In this document: positions 24,838-37,924 of the stretch, in pieces
Numbering within the stretch: the stretch's first letter is position 1
Layout of the letters: the number at the start of each line of letters is the position of its first letter
Source of the DNA: Octopus vulgaris
Taxonomy: Eukaryota
Reading direction: 5' to 3'
NCBI GenBank assembly: GCA_951406725.2
Contig: OX597830.1
Coordinates: forward strand, 40,796,001 to 40,860,000
DNA length: 64,000 nucleotides
Translations under genes and position numbers: made by a program
The notes under the pieces: generated by a model
What the model was told of the DNA's origin: nothing
The model's input: the letters and a program-made list of their open reading frames with translations, nothing else
Databases searched by the model: none

Positions 24838-26779
24838 GATAAGGTAAGAACAAGACTGGATGAGATGCAGTTCAGGTTTATGCCTGGATGAAGTGCCATT
24901 GACAGGTCTCCTGATTGAAGCCAGTGCCCCCTGACTGGCTCCAGTGCTGGTGGTTCATAAAAAGCACTAACCAAACATGGTTGATGCCAGGGCTGCCTGA
25001 CTGGCTCCCATGCTGGTGACACATAAATAGCACCATCTGAATGTGGTTGATGCCAGGGACGCCTGACTGGCTCCTATGTCGGTGGCACATAAAAAGCACT
25101 AACCAAACATGGTTGATGCCAGGGCTGCCTGACTGGCTCCCAAGCTGGTGGAACATAATTAGCACCATCTGAATGTGGTTGATGCCAGGGACGCCTGACT
25201 GGCTCCTGTGATAGTGGAACGTAAAAAGCACCATCTGAATGTGGTTGATGCCAGGGATGCCTGACTGGCTCCCATGCTGGTGGAACATAAAAAGCACCAT
25301 CTGAATGTGGTTGATGCCAGGGCTGCCTGACTGGCTCCCAAGCTGGTGGCACATAAATAGCACCATCTGAATGTGGTTGATGCCAGAGCTGCCTGACTGG
25401 CTCCCAAGCTGGTGGAACATAAAAAGCACCATCTGAATGTGGTTGATGCCAGGGATGCCTGACTGGCTCCCAAGCTGGTGGAACATAAAAAGCACCATCT
25501 GAATGTGGTTGATGCCAGGGATGCCTGACTGGCTCCCAAGCTGGTGGAACATAAAAAGCACCATCTGAATGTGGTTGATGCCAGGGATGCCTGACTGGCT
25601 CCCATGCTGGTGGAACATAAATAGCACCATCTGAATGTGGTTGATGCCAGGGATGCCTGACTGGCTCCCATGCTGGTGGAACATAAATAGCACCATCTGA
25701 ATGTGGTTGATGCCAGGGATGCCTGACTGGCTCCCATGCTGGTGGCACATAAATAGCACCATCTGAATGTGGTTGATGCCAGGGCTGCCTGACTGGCTCC
25801 CAAGCTGGTGGAACATAAAAAGCACCATCTGAATGTGGTTGATGCCAGGGCTGCCTGACTGGCTCCCAAGCTGGTGGAACATAAAAAGCACCATCTGAAT
25901 GTGGTTGATGCCAGGGATGCCTGACTGGCTCCCATGCTGGTGGAACATAAAAAGCACCATCTGAATGTGGTTGATGCCAGGGATGCCTGACTGGCTCCCA
26001 TGCTGGTGGAACATAAAAAGCACCATCTGAATGTGGTTGATGCCAGGGATGCCTGACTGGCTCCCATGCTGGTGGCACATAAAAAGCACCATCTGAATGT
26101 GGTTGATGCCAGGGATGCCTGACTGGCTCCTATGCTGGTGGCACATAAAAAGCACCATCTGAATGTGGTTGATGCCAGGGCTGCCTGACTGGCTCCCAAG
26201 CTGGTGGAACATAAAAAGCACCATCTGAATGTGGTTGATGCCAGGGATGCCTGACTGGCTCCCATGCTGGTGGAACATAAAAAGCACCATCTGAATGTGG
26301 TTGATGCCAGGGATGCCTGACTGGCTCCCATGCTGGTGGCACATAAATAGCACCATCTGAATGTGGTTGATGCCAGGGCTGCCTGACTGGCTCCCAAGCT
26401 GGTGGCACATAAAAAGCACCATCTGAATGTGGTTGATGCCAGAGCTGCCTGACTGGCTCCTGTGATAGTGGCACATAAAAAGCACCATCTGAACGTGGTT
26501 GATGCCAGGGCTGCCTGACTGGCTCCTGTGATGGTGGCACGTAAAAAGCACCATCTGAACGTGGTTGATGCCAGGGACAGCTGACTGGCTCCCATGCTGG
26601 TGGGGCACATAAAAAGCACCCACTTCACTCTTGGAGTGGTTGGCATTAGGAAGGGCATTCAGCTGTAGAAACTATGCAAGATCAGATTGGAGCCTGGTAC
26701 AGCTGCTGACTTCCAGACCTCAGTCAAACCATCCAATCCATACTAGCATGGAAATCAGATATTAAATGATGATGATGAT
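24838..26779 (+). mobile_element. Internally deleted RTE LINE derivative carrying an expanded 3'UTR array
   Basis: 5' snippet translates RTRLDEMQFRFMPG*SAID (RT motif QFGFxPGRST). The array follows, then the standard RTE tail GTGGTTGGCATTAGGAAGGGCATTCAGCTG...(GAT)n. Confidence 0.75.
24931..26620. repeat. 66 bp minisatellite, ~26 units
   Basis: CTGACTGGCT recurs every 66 bp from 24931 to 26581. Consensus CTGACTGGCTCCCATGCTGGTGGAACATAAAAAGCACCATCTGAATGTGGTTGATGCCAGGGATGC. Confidence 0.98.
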
Positions 26780-26899
26780 TCTCTTTCAAGTGAAACAGCT
26801 ACAGTCCTTAGCCACTGGATCCTATAAAGGAGCTGTTGAGGTAGTGAACCACGAATCGTGGTTGGAATTCCTTAGCTTGGAATAATAGCTTACACTGTT

Positions 26900-26945
<46 letters not shown>

Positions 26946-26950
<5 letters not shown>

Positions 26951-27600
26951 GAACAAAAACACATCAGAGGATAATAAAGCATTTAGGCAGATAGATGACA
27001 CAAAGGCGGACAGGAGAAACAACAATTAAAAGGACAGGGAAAAAAAGGACAGGTCACTTGTGGCCTTCTTTCTTCAGTCGTTATCAGATGTCCTTACTGT
27101 TTCAGGCAGTTACACTTGAGACAGTTCAATCTTGATGCTCCCAAAAATGTCTAAGCCAAGAGCATTAGAATTTTTTGTAAGAAAGCTAGCGAATGTGTAT
27201 GGCAACAAAGACAAAAAAACGGAGAACATGGTACACAATTATAAATACAAACAACAAGAATATAACAACAGGTGTCTTTTGACTGAGAATGAATCAATAT
27301 ATATGCATGTATACATATACCCGTTGTTATCCTGTTTTTAACTATTGCTGTTTTCAATTTTGTTTTCATTTCTTGTATTTATATTCGTCTCTGTTGCATT
27401 TACATTATTTCCTTCTACCAAGAAATCTAATGCTCACAGCTTAGTTTTTTCCTTGGGGCTGGCCGAGTTGGAGCAAATATCAGAATTAATCAGCCGAAAT
27501 TTGCTATGATGATTCGGTTTCTGACTGAAGATTGAAGGCTTTGAATGACTTGTCTGTTATCCGTGTTCGTCCCTTCGTGTATTTCACGTTCTTTATATAT
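26946..27600. mobile_element. Diverged inverted pair of probable Penelope pLTR-like segments between (TA)n tracts
   Basis: CTAAGCCAAGAGCATTAGAATTTTTTGTAAGAAAG (~27151) matches the reverse complement of CCTTCTACCAAGAAATCTAATGCTCACAGCTTAG (~27411). Each arm has GAAA-N~25-CTGAAGA. Confidence 0.45.
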
Positions 27601-27987
27601 AAATTTTTATTCCTATATATATATATATATATATATATAGTTATACACAACATGTATATATGCGTATGTGTGTGTATAACTACACACACACAAACACACA
27701 CACAGTATGAGAGAGACAGAGAGAGAGAGAGGGGCAGGCTGACTGTAGCGATGTTAATTAGGGACATCAACAATATGGCTGAAGGAAAATATCTCAGGAA
27801 GTATTCCACATGCTATATGTATGAGTGTGTGCACATGCATATGTACATATACACATACACACAACATAGGAAAAGGTCAATATATATATACATGCATATG
27901 AATTAACGAGGTCTGTTTAGAAGAACTGATGTCAAAGGCAGTAAGTGGGAAGAGGAGGGTTAGGTTTTACATACTTAATATATATAT

Positions 27988-28398
27988 AGGAGCAGGAGTG
28001 ATTGTGTGGCAAGTAGCTTGCTTACCAACTACATGGTTCCAGGTTTAGTCCCACTGCGTGAAACATTGGGCAAGTGTCTTCTACTATAGCCTCGGGCTGA
28101 CCAAAGCCATGTGAGTGGATTTGGTACACGGAAACTGAAAGAAGCCCGTTGTATGTGTGTGTGTGAGTATCTTTGTGTGTCTGTGTTTATCCCCCACCAT
28201 CGCTTGACAACCAATGCTGGTGTGTTTACGTCCCCGCACCTAAGCAGTTCGGCAAAAGAGACCAATAGAATAAATACTAGGCTTACAAAGAATAAATCCT
28301 GGGGTCACTTTGTTTGACTAAAAGCAGTGCTCCAGCATGGCCACAGTCAAATTACTGAAACAAATAAAAGAGTAAAAAAACAAAAGAATAAAAGAATA
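27988..28398 (+). mobile_element. SINE family 1, full length
   Basis: Head, (TG)n and tail as in the other copies. Confidence 0.9.
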
Positions 28399-28570
28399 TA
28401 TATCTATATACATAGTATATTTGCCACCTAAATGTGGTTAACCCTTAAGGGTTGATGCTACTGTAGCTTGTAGCTCCAGGAAGACATCTCTTCCATATAT
28501 ATATGCATATATATATATATATATATCTCTTCCATATATATATGCATATATATATATATATATATATATA

Positions 28571-28619
<49 letters not shown>

Positions 28620-28680
28620 ATGTATATATATATATATACATATATGTGTGTGTGTATGTATGTATATATATATACATGCA

Positions 28681-28711
<31 letters not shown>

Positions 28712-28712
28712 A

Positions 28713-29372
28713 TCATCATCATCATCATCATCATCATTTAGCGTCCGTTTTCCATGCTAGCATGGGTTGGACGGTTCAACTGGGGTCTGGGGAGCCCGAA
28801 GGCTGCACCAGGCCAGTCAGATCTGGCAGTGTTTCTACAGCTGGATGCCCTTCCTAACGCCAACCACTCCGAGAGTGTAGTGGGTGATTTTATGTGCCAC
28901 CGACACAGGTGCCAGACGAGGCTGGCGAACGGCCACGATCGGATGGTGTTTTTATGTGCCACCGACACAGGTGCCAGACGAGGCTGGCAGACGGCCACGC
29001 TCGGATGGTGTTTTTATGTGCCACCGACACAGGTGCCAGATGAGGCTGGCGGACGGCCACGATCGGATGGTGTTTGTTACGTCCCCCAAGCACGGAGGCC
29101 AGTCTATGCGGTACTGGCTAACTGGCTACGGCCACGTTCGGATGATTTTCTTGTGTGCCACCGGCACTGGTACCACAGAGATACAAATTCCATTGATGTT
29201 CATCTATTTTGATTTGTTTTGATTTGATTTTCACTTGCCTCAACAGGTCTTCACAAGTGTCACAAGAAGGAAGGTATGCACAGGTGGACTGACTACGTCC
29301 CAGGTAGGGGCCACGGGTTATGGCCTGACTAGTCTTGCCGGGTCTTCGGATGGTGTTTTTATGTGCCACCGA
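28713..29372 (-). mobile_element. Young RTE 3'UTR copy with ~61 bp internal tandem units
   Basis: (CAT)n tail and CpG-rich units TTTTATGTGCCACCGACACAGGTGCCAGACGAGGCTGGCGAACGGCCACG.TCGGATGGTG. Near-identical to 49935-50858. Confidence 0.85.
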
Positions 29373-29373
29373 C

Positions 29374-29554
<181 letters not shown>

Positions 29555-29598
29555 AGACCGGAGTAAACACATAAATGTGAAACAAGGTGGAAAAAGAG

Positions 29599-29648
29599 CA
29601 AAAACTGTCTGATGAACGGCAACGAGAAACTCAGAGTAACAGATTTTG
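29599..29648 (+). ncRNA. Minimal type I hammerhead ribozyme candidate
   Basis: caaaaactgt-CTGATGA-acggcaacga-GAAA-ctcagag-TA-acagattttg. Both core motifs are intact, stem I pairs 9/10, stem III is palindromic ACTC/GAGT, and the cleavage triplet is GUA. Confidence 0.65.
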
Positions 29649-29685
29649 TTGAATTTTCTGCTGCTTAAAATAAAGTATATATATG

Positions 29686-29749
<64 letters not shown>

Positions 29750-29750
29750 T

Positions 29751-30165
29751 AGGCGCAGGAGTGGCTGTGTGGTAAGTAGCTTGCTAACCAACCACATGGT
29801 TCCGGGTTCAGTCCCATTGCGTGGCATCTTGGGCAAGTGTCTTCTGCTATAGCCCCGGGCCGACCAATGCCTTGTGAGTGGATTTGGTAGACGGAAACTG
29901 AAAGAAGCCTGTCGTATATATGTATATATATATAAGTGTGTGTGTATATGTTTGTGTGTCTGTATTTGTCCCCCTTGCATTGCTTGACAACCGATGCTGG
30001 TGTGTTTACGTCCCCGTCACTTAGCGGTTCGGCAAAAGAGACTGATAGAATAAGTACTGGGCTTACAAAGAATAAGTCCCGGGGTCAATTTGCTCGACTA
30101 AAGGCGGTGCTCCAGCATGGCCGCAGTCAAATGACTGAAACAAGTAAAAGAGTAAAGAGTAAAGA
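29751..30165 (+). mobile_element. SINE family 1, full length, CpG-rich (young)
   Basis: AGGCGCAGGAGTGGCTGTGTGGTAAG...GGTTCAGTCCC...GCCCCGGGCCGACC...tail. Confidence 0.92.
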
Positions 30166-30212
<47 letters not shown>

Positions 30213-30274
30213 TATATACATACACATATGTACATAACTACATATCTATGTATATATACACACATATATGTGTA

Positions 30275-30635
30275 CAGGACGTCAAGAAAATGTGAACAAA
30301 ATGAGAAATGAGAACAGGAAAAACAAAAACAAGGAAAATAAACTTTTTTCGAACAATGAAAGAAACAAATAGAGTAACAAGACAGGCAACATAAAGAATC
30401 TTTCCCTTCATCAGTTGTCTCCTGTTTTATCTGCTCTGTTTCGAACGTAGGGACAAGACGCAACTTCGTTAGAACAGTCGTTCCTGCAAAGCAAATTAAA
30501 AAGATTTGGGATTTGCGGAGGGCTGGAGTGGTGACAAAAACAGGGCAGTAAGATCAAAACAGTAAAAGCAAACGGTGAGGGCTGTTAAGCCATAACGAGG
30601 TAAAGTGGTGAACGCTGGAGAAATGAGCTTTGAGA
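30275..30635 (-). mobile_element. Probable Penelope pLTR-like segment in a (TA)n context
   Basis: Minus strand GTTCGAAACAGAGCAGATAAAACAGGAGACAACTGATGAAGGG has the same GAAA...CTGANGA spacing as the 27 kb arms and 49.3 kb. Confidence 0.35.
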
Positions 30636-30667
30636 AATGTATGTATACATATATCTGTGTGTGCGTG

Positions 30668-30724
<57 letters not shown>

Positions 30725-32006
30725 TTGAAAATCTTTGATCCACACAATTAGTAGCAGAGAAAAACTCCACCTAGTGGTATTCAAAATCTTAAGAAAGAAA
30801 AAATCTAGTAAGGGAGATAATTTCAATGAGTTTAATACAGACAACATAGATAATGTGTGCTGTAGTGGATATCTAGTTTTTAAAGCCAAACTGTAAAAGC
30901 AATGGATGTATTTTCATCTAATTAGACCCCCTAAGTGAAGCATATTCTACTCTGTTGGCAAGGCCAACAGAGATCAATACATATATATATGTATATTGTC
31001 TGCTAATTGCTTGAATAACCTTGTTTGATCAAAGTTTCTCTCCTCAATATATTTCATGTGTGAAACGCCAGCATATTCATCAAATACATTTGTCATCAAT
31101 TGTTCTCACTACACACATTATAAACTCACCATACACACACACACACACATGTCCTTTTACATGCATACACATGCATAAAACATATACACAAATGCATTTA
31201 TATATATATATATATACACATGGATAGATAGACAGATAGATAATGTAATAATATATGCATGTGCGTGTGTGTGTATATACATACATATACATATATATAG
31301 AGAGAGAGTGGGTGTGTATGCATGTGTAAAATATATAGATATACATGTATATGTGTGTGTACATATGCATACATACATACATATGTATAACTACATATAT
31401 ATATATACACACACACAATGCATATATATATGTATATATATACACACACACAATGCATATATATATTTATTTATATATATATATGTGTGTGTGTGTGTGT
31501 ATGTGTACATATGCATATGTAAATATGTGTGTGTGTGTACAAACATATGTATATATATATATATATATATTATCATAAACATGCATGCACACACAAACAT
31601 ATATATTTGTGTATATACTGACACCCTCACACATACACACACAAATATATATACACTCTTTCTAGTTAGCAGATGATAACTGCAGGCATTACAAGCATTA
31701 CAACAATCAGAAACTATGATCTGTGATATGGTCAGTGGTCTCTGCCAATTTCAGATGGTTATCAGTCGTACATCAAGGCTTTACACCGCTTATCTTAATG
31801 AGCGCTCGTCAAGCAGAGGGCTGCAACAGCAGTGCCAATGCTGCAATAGTTAGCACATGAATGCCTCTTTTCCCAGGGTCTGCTGGGATGAAATGAAAAA
31901 GAATCTATATGTATTATTTAATATTAATTAAGATAGGGAAAGCAACCAAACTTTCGGTGATAATGGATAGAGAAATGGTAATGATTGCATACAAAGATAT
32001 GTGTGT

Positions 32007-32042
<36 letters not shown>

Positions 32043-32297
32043 ATCTGTGTGTGTGTGTGGCTATAAATATGTATAATTTGGCTACGTATGTGTGCGTGTT
32101 CATGTATATGTGAGGCTGTGTCAGATGTGTGTGTATGTGTGTGTGTGTGTGTGTGTCTGAGTTAGTGAATATGTATGTGTCTCTGTATGCATGTAGTGCA
32201 TTTATGTATGTGCCTCTGTAGCTCTGTCATGTGTATGTCTATGATGGTTTGTGTTCCTGTGTGCATGAAGCTGTGTGAGACTGTGTGCATCTGAGTA

Positions 32298-32338
<41 letters not shown>

Positions 32339-32943
32339 CATGTAAAAGTGCATGTAGCTACGTATGTATGTGCCTAAGCATGTGCCCTTGTATGCATGAC
32401 ATTGTGTGAAACTCATGTGGGCATGTGTCACAATATATGTTTGTGTCTATGTCTATGTATGTGTGTTCCTGTATGTGTAAGGCTGTGTAAGATGTGAGTC
32501 TGTGATTGCGTGTGCACAAATATGTGTGTGTGCACAAATATATGTGTGCATATGTATAAAGTGAGGCAAATCAGATTGCAAGCATTGTGCAGTTAAATTG
32601 TGTAGTTGTAGGTGCAGTATAGCTAAGTGGTTAAGATGTTCAGTTCGCAATCATATGGCTCCAGGTTCAATCTGACTACAGGGCATTTTGGGCAAGTACC
32701 AATCACAATAGCCTCAGGTCAACCAAGTGAAACTGAGAAGAAATAAACATCATAGGAGATCATTTGATGGCTTGTACCAGTAATTTAATGGGCCAGCCTA
32801 GTCACACACTGCAAAGGCATGTTGTCCTGTAGTTAGTATGTTGCACTCACAATCATACAAATATTTGGCTAAATAGTTTTTTGCCCTTCAGAAAAATCTA
32901 TTTGTTGATTTAATAGAATGAAAATGACTGATTTTCAATCATA

Positions 32944-33085
32944 TCATTGATGATTCATCATCATCATCCTTGTTATCATCATCACCATCATCATTACCAT
33001 CATCATCATCGCCATCATCATCATCATCATCATTGCCATCATTATCATCACCATCGCCATCATCATCATCGCCTTCATCATCGTT

Positions 33086-33132
<47 letters not shown>

Positions 33133-33303
33133 TGCCTTCATCATCATCACCATCATCATTGCCATCATCATTGTCATCATCATCACCAACATCATCATAG
33201 CCATCATCAGCATCATTGCTATCATCTTCATCATCATCATCATCGCCATCATCATTGCCATCATCATCACCATTATCATCATCACCATCATCATCATCAT
33301 CAT
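32944..33303. repeat. Long imperfect (CAT)n tract, the expanded tail of a minus-strand RTE 3' end
   Basis: The tract abuts TTTAATGTCGGTTGTCCATGTTGGCATGGGTTGG, the reverse complement of the RTE terminus. Confidence 0.9.
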
Positions 33304-33688
33304 TTAATGTCGGTTGTCCATGTTGGCATGGGTTGGATGGTTTGACCCAGAGATGGCAACTGAGTGAGCTGCACCAAACTCCAGTCTGATTCAACATGGT
33401 TTCAGTAGATGGAAACTGAAAGAAGCCCATCGTATATATGTATATGTATATATATATGTGCATGTGTATCTGTGTGTCTATGTTTGCCCCCACCCCCAAC
33501 ATCACTTGACAACCGATGCTGGTGTGTCTACGTCCCCATAACTTAGCGGTTTTGCAAAAGAGACCAATAGAATAAGTACTAGGCTTACAAAGAATAAGTC
33601 CTGGGGTCGATTTGCTCAACTAAAGGCGGTGCTCCAGCATGGACGCAGTCAAATGACTGAAACAAGTAAAAAAGTAAAGAGTAAAAGA

Positions 33689-33741
<53 letters not shown>

Positions 33742-34009
33742 GTTTAACTTTCACAGAATGGCAATGATATCAAGAATTAAGGGTGTTTTTATAATGACCA
33801 CCTTTCCATGCTTACATATAGATCTGACAGAGCTAATGAGGTAGATTTTCTATGACTATACACCCTTCCTTTCCCTAACCCTCACCCATTCCCAAGCAAG
33901 GTACCATTTCCCCTTGACCAGACGTGGTTTCATAAAATATCAGAAGTGAATGGCATTCATTTCCAATGATCATGCGCTGTCAAGACAGGGAGACACAAAG
34001 ACACACACA

Positions 34010-34062
<53 letters not shown>

Positions 34063-34277
34063 GTTTTCAAAATCTTCATTCTAAAGAAAATAATGGAAAG
34101 AAAGTATGAAGAAAATATTTTTGCAACAAATTCAGTATGTGTTTGTGTATGTATACATATATATGTATATCCACATACATACACACATACACATACTTTA
34201 GATAAATATATACACACACATATATATACATGCAATATATACAACATATATATATATATGTGTGTGCTTACATATAA

Positions 34278-34320
<43 letters not shown>

Positions 34321-35016
34321 TGTACATCTATACACTACAAAGTGAGATATGGTTTCTGAATATAGCTGGAAGGTAAATTAGATGAAATACACAGATCATG
34401 AGAAAAAAGAAAAAAACAACAATAAAAAGAATAATAATTTCTTTTAGGCTACAATACAATTATGAACCTAAGGTTTTGTAATGTCAACAGAGAAAACAGG
34501 AGATATTCAAAAAATAAATATAAAACAAATTTGAATTCTTCAACTTTCATATAAGTGGAGTGTAACAGAAAATGTAAATTCCAAGAGGCAAATTTTGCTA
34601 TTAAGAATTAAAAAAAAAGAAAAAATAACCATTGAAGTAAAAGACAAAAGGAAAATTCCTACATTAACATAAAAGTATTTTGAGCTCAAAGGAAATTTTG
34701 AATTTTACTTCTTTGCCACAACAGCTCACTCCCCACTCACAACTGGGGACACAAATAGGGGTTAATAAGCAGATAATTATAATGGTTCTGCAACAAAATG
34801 CTACAAGGTATTGATGATTGGAATAATTTAAGAATTTAGAGGAGTCGATGTTCTGGTTTTACACATTAAATGTTAAATAGATTCACCAGTTCACTTTAAT
34901 CTATATCCGTCATTGATTTTAACATCTACTTTTCCATGCAGGCAAGGGTCAGAGCAATTTTGTTGACATAGATTCGAATCCACAGAATTTGGTCAAGCAA
35001 CAGCATAACCGATTAA

Positions 35017-35236
35017 ACGTTTAGCATTCAGATTACTCTGTTTAATGTAATGATTATTTATTCACATTGTTTTGTATTAATCATACATTATGTTATAGCT
35101 TTGAGACTTTGATGAGATAATTATTTCTTTTTAGAATGACATTGTAGGGTTGGTGTGAAAGGCCAGATTTGACTGGCTTTAACATAAAACAAATAGAATA
35201 TTTTGGCTGGATATGGCCAGTTTAAATGCTAAGGGG
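35017..35236. mobile_element. piggyBac-type MITE (family B)
   Basis: TTAA flanks; termini ACGTTTAGCATT / AATGCTAAGGGG. Homologous to 18978-19185. Confidence 0.7.
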
Positions 35237-35422
35237 TTAAATCAACCCAGTATGTTCCTCAAGAAATAATCCTGACAATTCATAGGAAAATTTAAAAAAA
35301 AGAAACATCTTTGTAAACTGATCTCATAATTGGAAGTTCTAAAGAAATCATTCTTGTATCATTCTTGCAGAGAATTTGGAATGCAAAGAAAGGAATTGCA
35401 AATGTCAGCCATTCACTTGTAC

Positions 35423-35840
35423 ATCATCATCATCGTTTAACATCTGCTTTCCATGCTAGCATGGGTTGGACGATTTGACTGAGATCTGGTGATCCAGATG
35501 GCTGCACCAGACTCCAATCTGATCTGGCAGAGTTTCTACAGCTGGATGCTCTTCCTAACACCAACCATTCCAAGAGTGTAGTGGGTGCTTTTACGTGCCA
35601 CCGGCACGAGGGCCAGTCAGGCGGTACTGGCAACGGCCATGTTCAAATGGTGCTTTTTATGTGCCACCTGCACAGGAGCCAGTCCAGCAGCACTGGCAAT
35701 GACCTCGCTCGAATGTTTTTTTTTTCACGTGCCACCAGCACAAGTGCTAGTAAGGCAATGCAGATAACGATCACACTCGAATGGTGCTTTTTACGTACCA
35801 TCAGCACAGAGGCCAGCTTGTTGCTCTGGCAAAATCACTA
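35423..35840 (-). mobile_element. RTE 3'UTR fragment with diverged modules
   Basis: (CAT)n tail and four GGTGCTTTT(A/T)YGTGCCACC-type modules. Confidence 0.8.
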
Positions 35841-37924
35841 ACATTTACAGAGAGTTGCTCCTGTTAACTAGGGTGCTATATTAAAGCTAAAACACCAAAG
35901 ATCTGGCACCACTTAAAACCAGAAACAGTGAGAACCTGAGAACCAATCATTAATAAATTAACCACTCACCACCATCATCTAAAATTGTCAGGATTGCAAA
36001 GCCATCACTATCAACTTCCTTGCTAATGAGGAAAAAACAATTAAAACAAAATTACTCTCATGAGCAATGCCCACTACCATCATCAACATCATCATCAATG
36101 TTTTTAGATTCAATTTCTATGGTTGCTAGAGTTTTTTCATGCAGATGGACACAGGTCTCAAATGGATCATCATCATCATCGTCATCATCATCACCATCAC
36201 CACAATTATTTCTTTACATTATTATTGCATTTTTTTTTTTATATTTTGGTCAAATTTATAAAACAACCATTACTACCAACAAAAACCACCGAAAAAACAT
36301 TTATGACCCTAACCCAACACTTCATCACCAAGCATTATCAAACACAACATCATCATCATCACAATCACTACAACTAACATCACCACCATAGACGTCATCA
36401 TCATTACAACCATTATTACTACTACCACCACCACCATTACCACAGTCATCAGGATTGCCACTACCATGACCACCACCACCTCAATTTCAATTGAAACTGT
36501 TATACAGGTAAGGAGACGTGTCTAAGAACTTCATTTCACAAATGCACAATTCCAGAATTGATCCCTCTTCTGCACAGCATCTTGGATGAGTGTCGCCTTC
36601 TTACAGACTCCGATTAACCAATGCTTTGTAGGTGGAAGTGGTTGACTCTGCAGAAGCCCATCTGGGATATGCATGTGCATGCATTGGTGTGAATATGCAT
36701 GCACACACGTTTTTTTCATTTTGCTTAGTCATGTACAATAAGCATGCTCTGAATGAAGGATTCAATACTGGGTACAGAATCAAAATATTGAAGTTTCATC
36801 AAGGTTGATTTCTCAAACAGGTTGTAATGAGAAACTTTCAAGTAAACAATCCCTATTGATAATATTGTGTGTACGTATGTGTATGTGTGTGCATGTGTAT
36901 GTGCATGTGTGTGTGCATGTGCATGCATGTGTGTGCTTGAATGTATGTGTGCATGTGCATGCATGTGTGTGTGTCTGTGTGCATGCATGTGTATGTGCAT
37001 GCATATGTGAGTGTGCATGCATAAATGCATGTGTGTATACTTGCATGTGTGTATACTTGCATGTGTGTATACTTATATGTGTGCATGTGCATGTGTGTGC
37101 ATGCACATGTGTGTGTGTGTGTGTTTGTGCATGTGTGTGCACGTGTGTGTGTGTGTGTGTGTGTGTCTGTGTCTGTGTCTGTGCATGCATATATATATAT
37201 GTGTTTGTACATTTTCATCTGTGCTTCTCTGAAAAATTTCACTGAGCTTCAAGCAATGATGTCGTGGTCATTTCCCCTGGAAACAAATTGTCCATCAGCT
37301 TTGCTCTTTCAAAGACATGTGAGATCCATTATTCCAAAAACAGATAAAGAGTTAGCAACATAAAGGTCATCCAGCTGTAAAACAATGCCTCGATAATATA
37401 CTCCTCTAACCCATGCAAGCATGGGAAACAACATTGGCCCTTTGATGCCAACACACCTAAAAACTGACTTGGTTTTGAGATACAAACTTCCTGTTTCAAA
37501 GAGATCTAAATGAAAACCAACTATCAATCATTTTAATGTTAATCTATGTTCCAAACATCTGCTTAATAATGACTAATTTCTACTAATTTCTTCGTTATCT
37601 TCAAAATATTTTAAAACAAACGTAATCCAATAGAAATACGATAACAAAATGGTTAAGAAAGATTTTAAAAAAACCAGTGCCTTGTGATATACAGTCAACT
37701 CCAGATTAATTTGTTGGAAACCTGTAACCAACAACATTATTTATTTATCAACTGTAACTTTAAGGTGAAAAGGGTTAAAAACTTGTATGCTGTAGGTGTT
37801 GCTGTAATTTGTCTCTGAATGTGGGAGCCAGAGTCTCATCAGGCAGTGAAGCAGCTCTGTAGGTGTTTTGGACCCTTCCACTGTGACAATAGAGCTGCCT
37901 GAGGTCACCCACCAATGTAAGCAA

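Noticed and set aside
24931-26620. CRISPR array
   Set aside because: Units are contiguous near-identical 66-mers with no unique spacers, there are no cas genes, and the unit derives from an RTE 3'UTR.
24878-26623. 581 aa ORF as a host gene
   Set aside because: It is antisense to a LINE UTR and all three minus frames are open because the unit is stop-free and a multiple of 3. There is no non-repetitive domain. Kept only as a finding.
29751-29825. tRNA genes at the A/B-box motifs (also 5320-5388, 14945-15020, 16735-16800, 32610-32680)
   Set aside because: No complete cloverleaf; they continue into SINE bodies or are decayed heads.
31754-31852. Short ORF after an acceptor-like CAG (MVISRTSRLY...)
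   Set aside because: 32 aa with no recognisable motif; not supportable as CDS.
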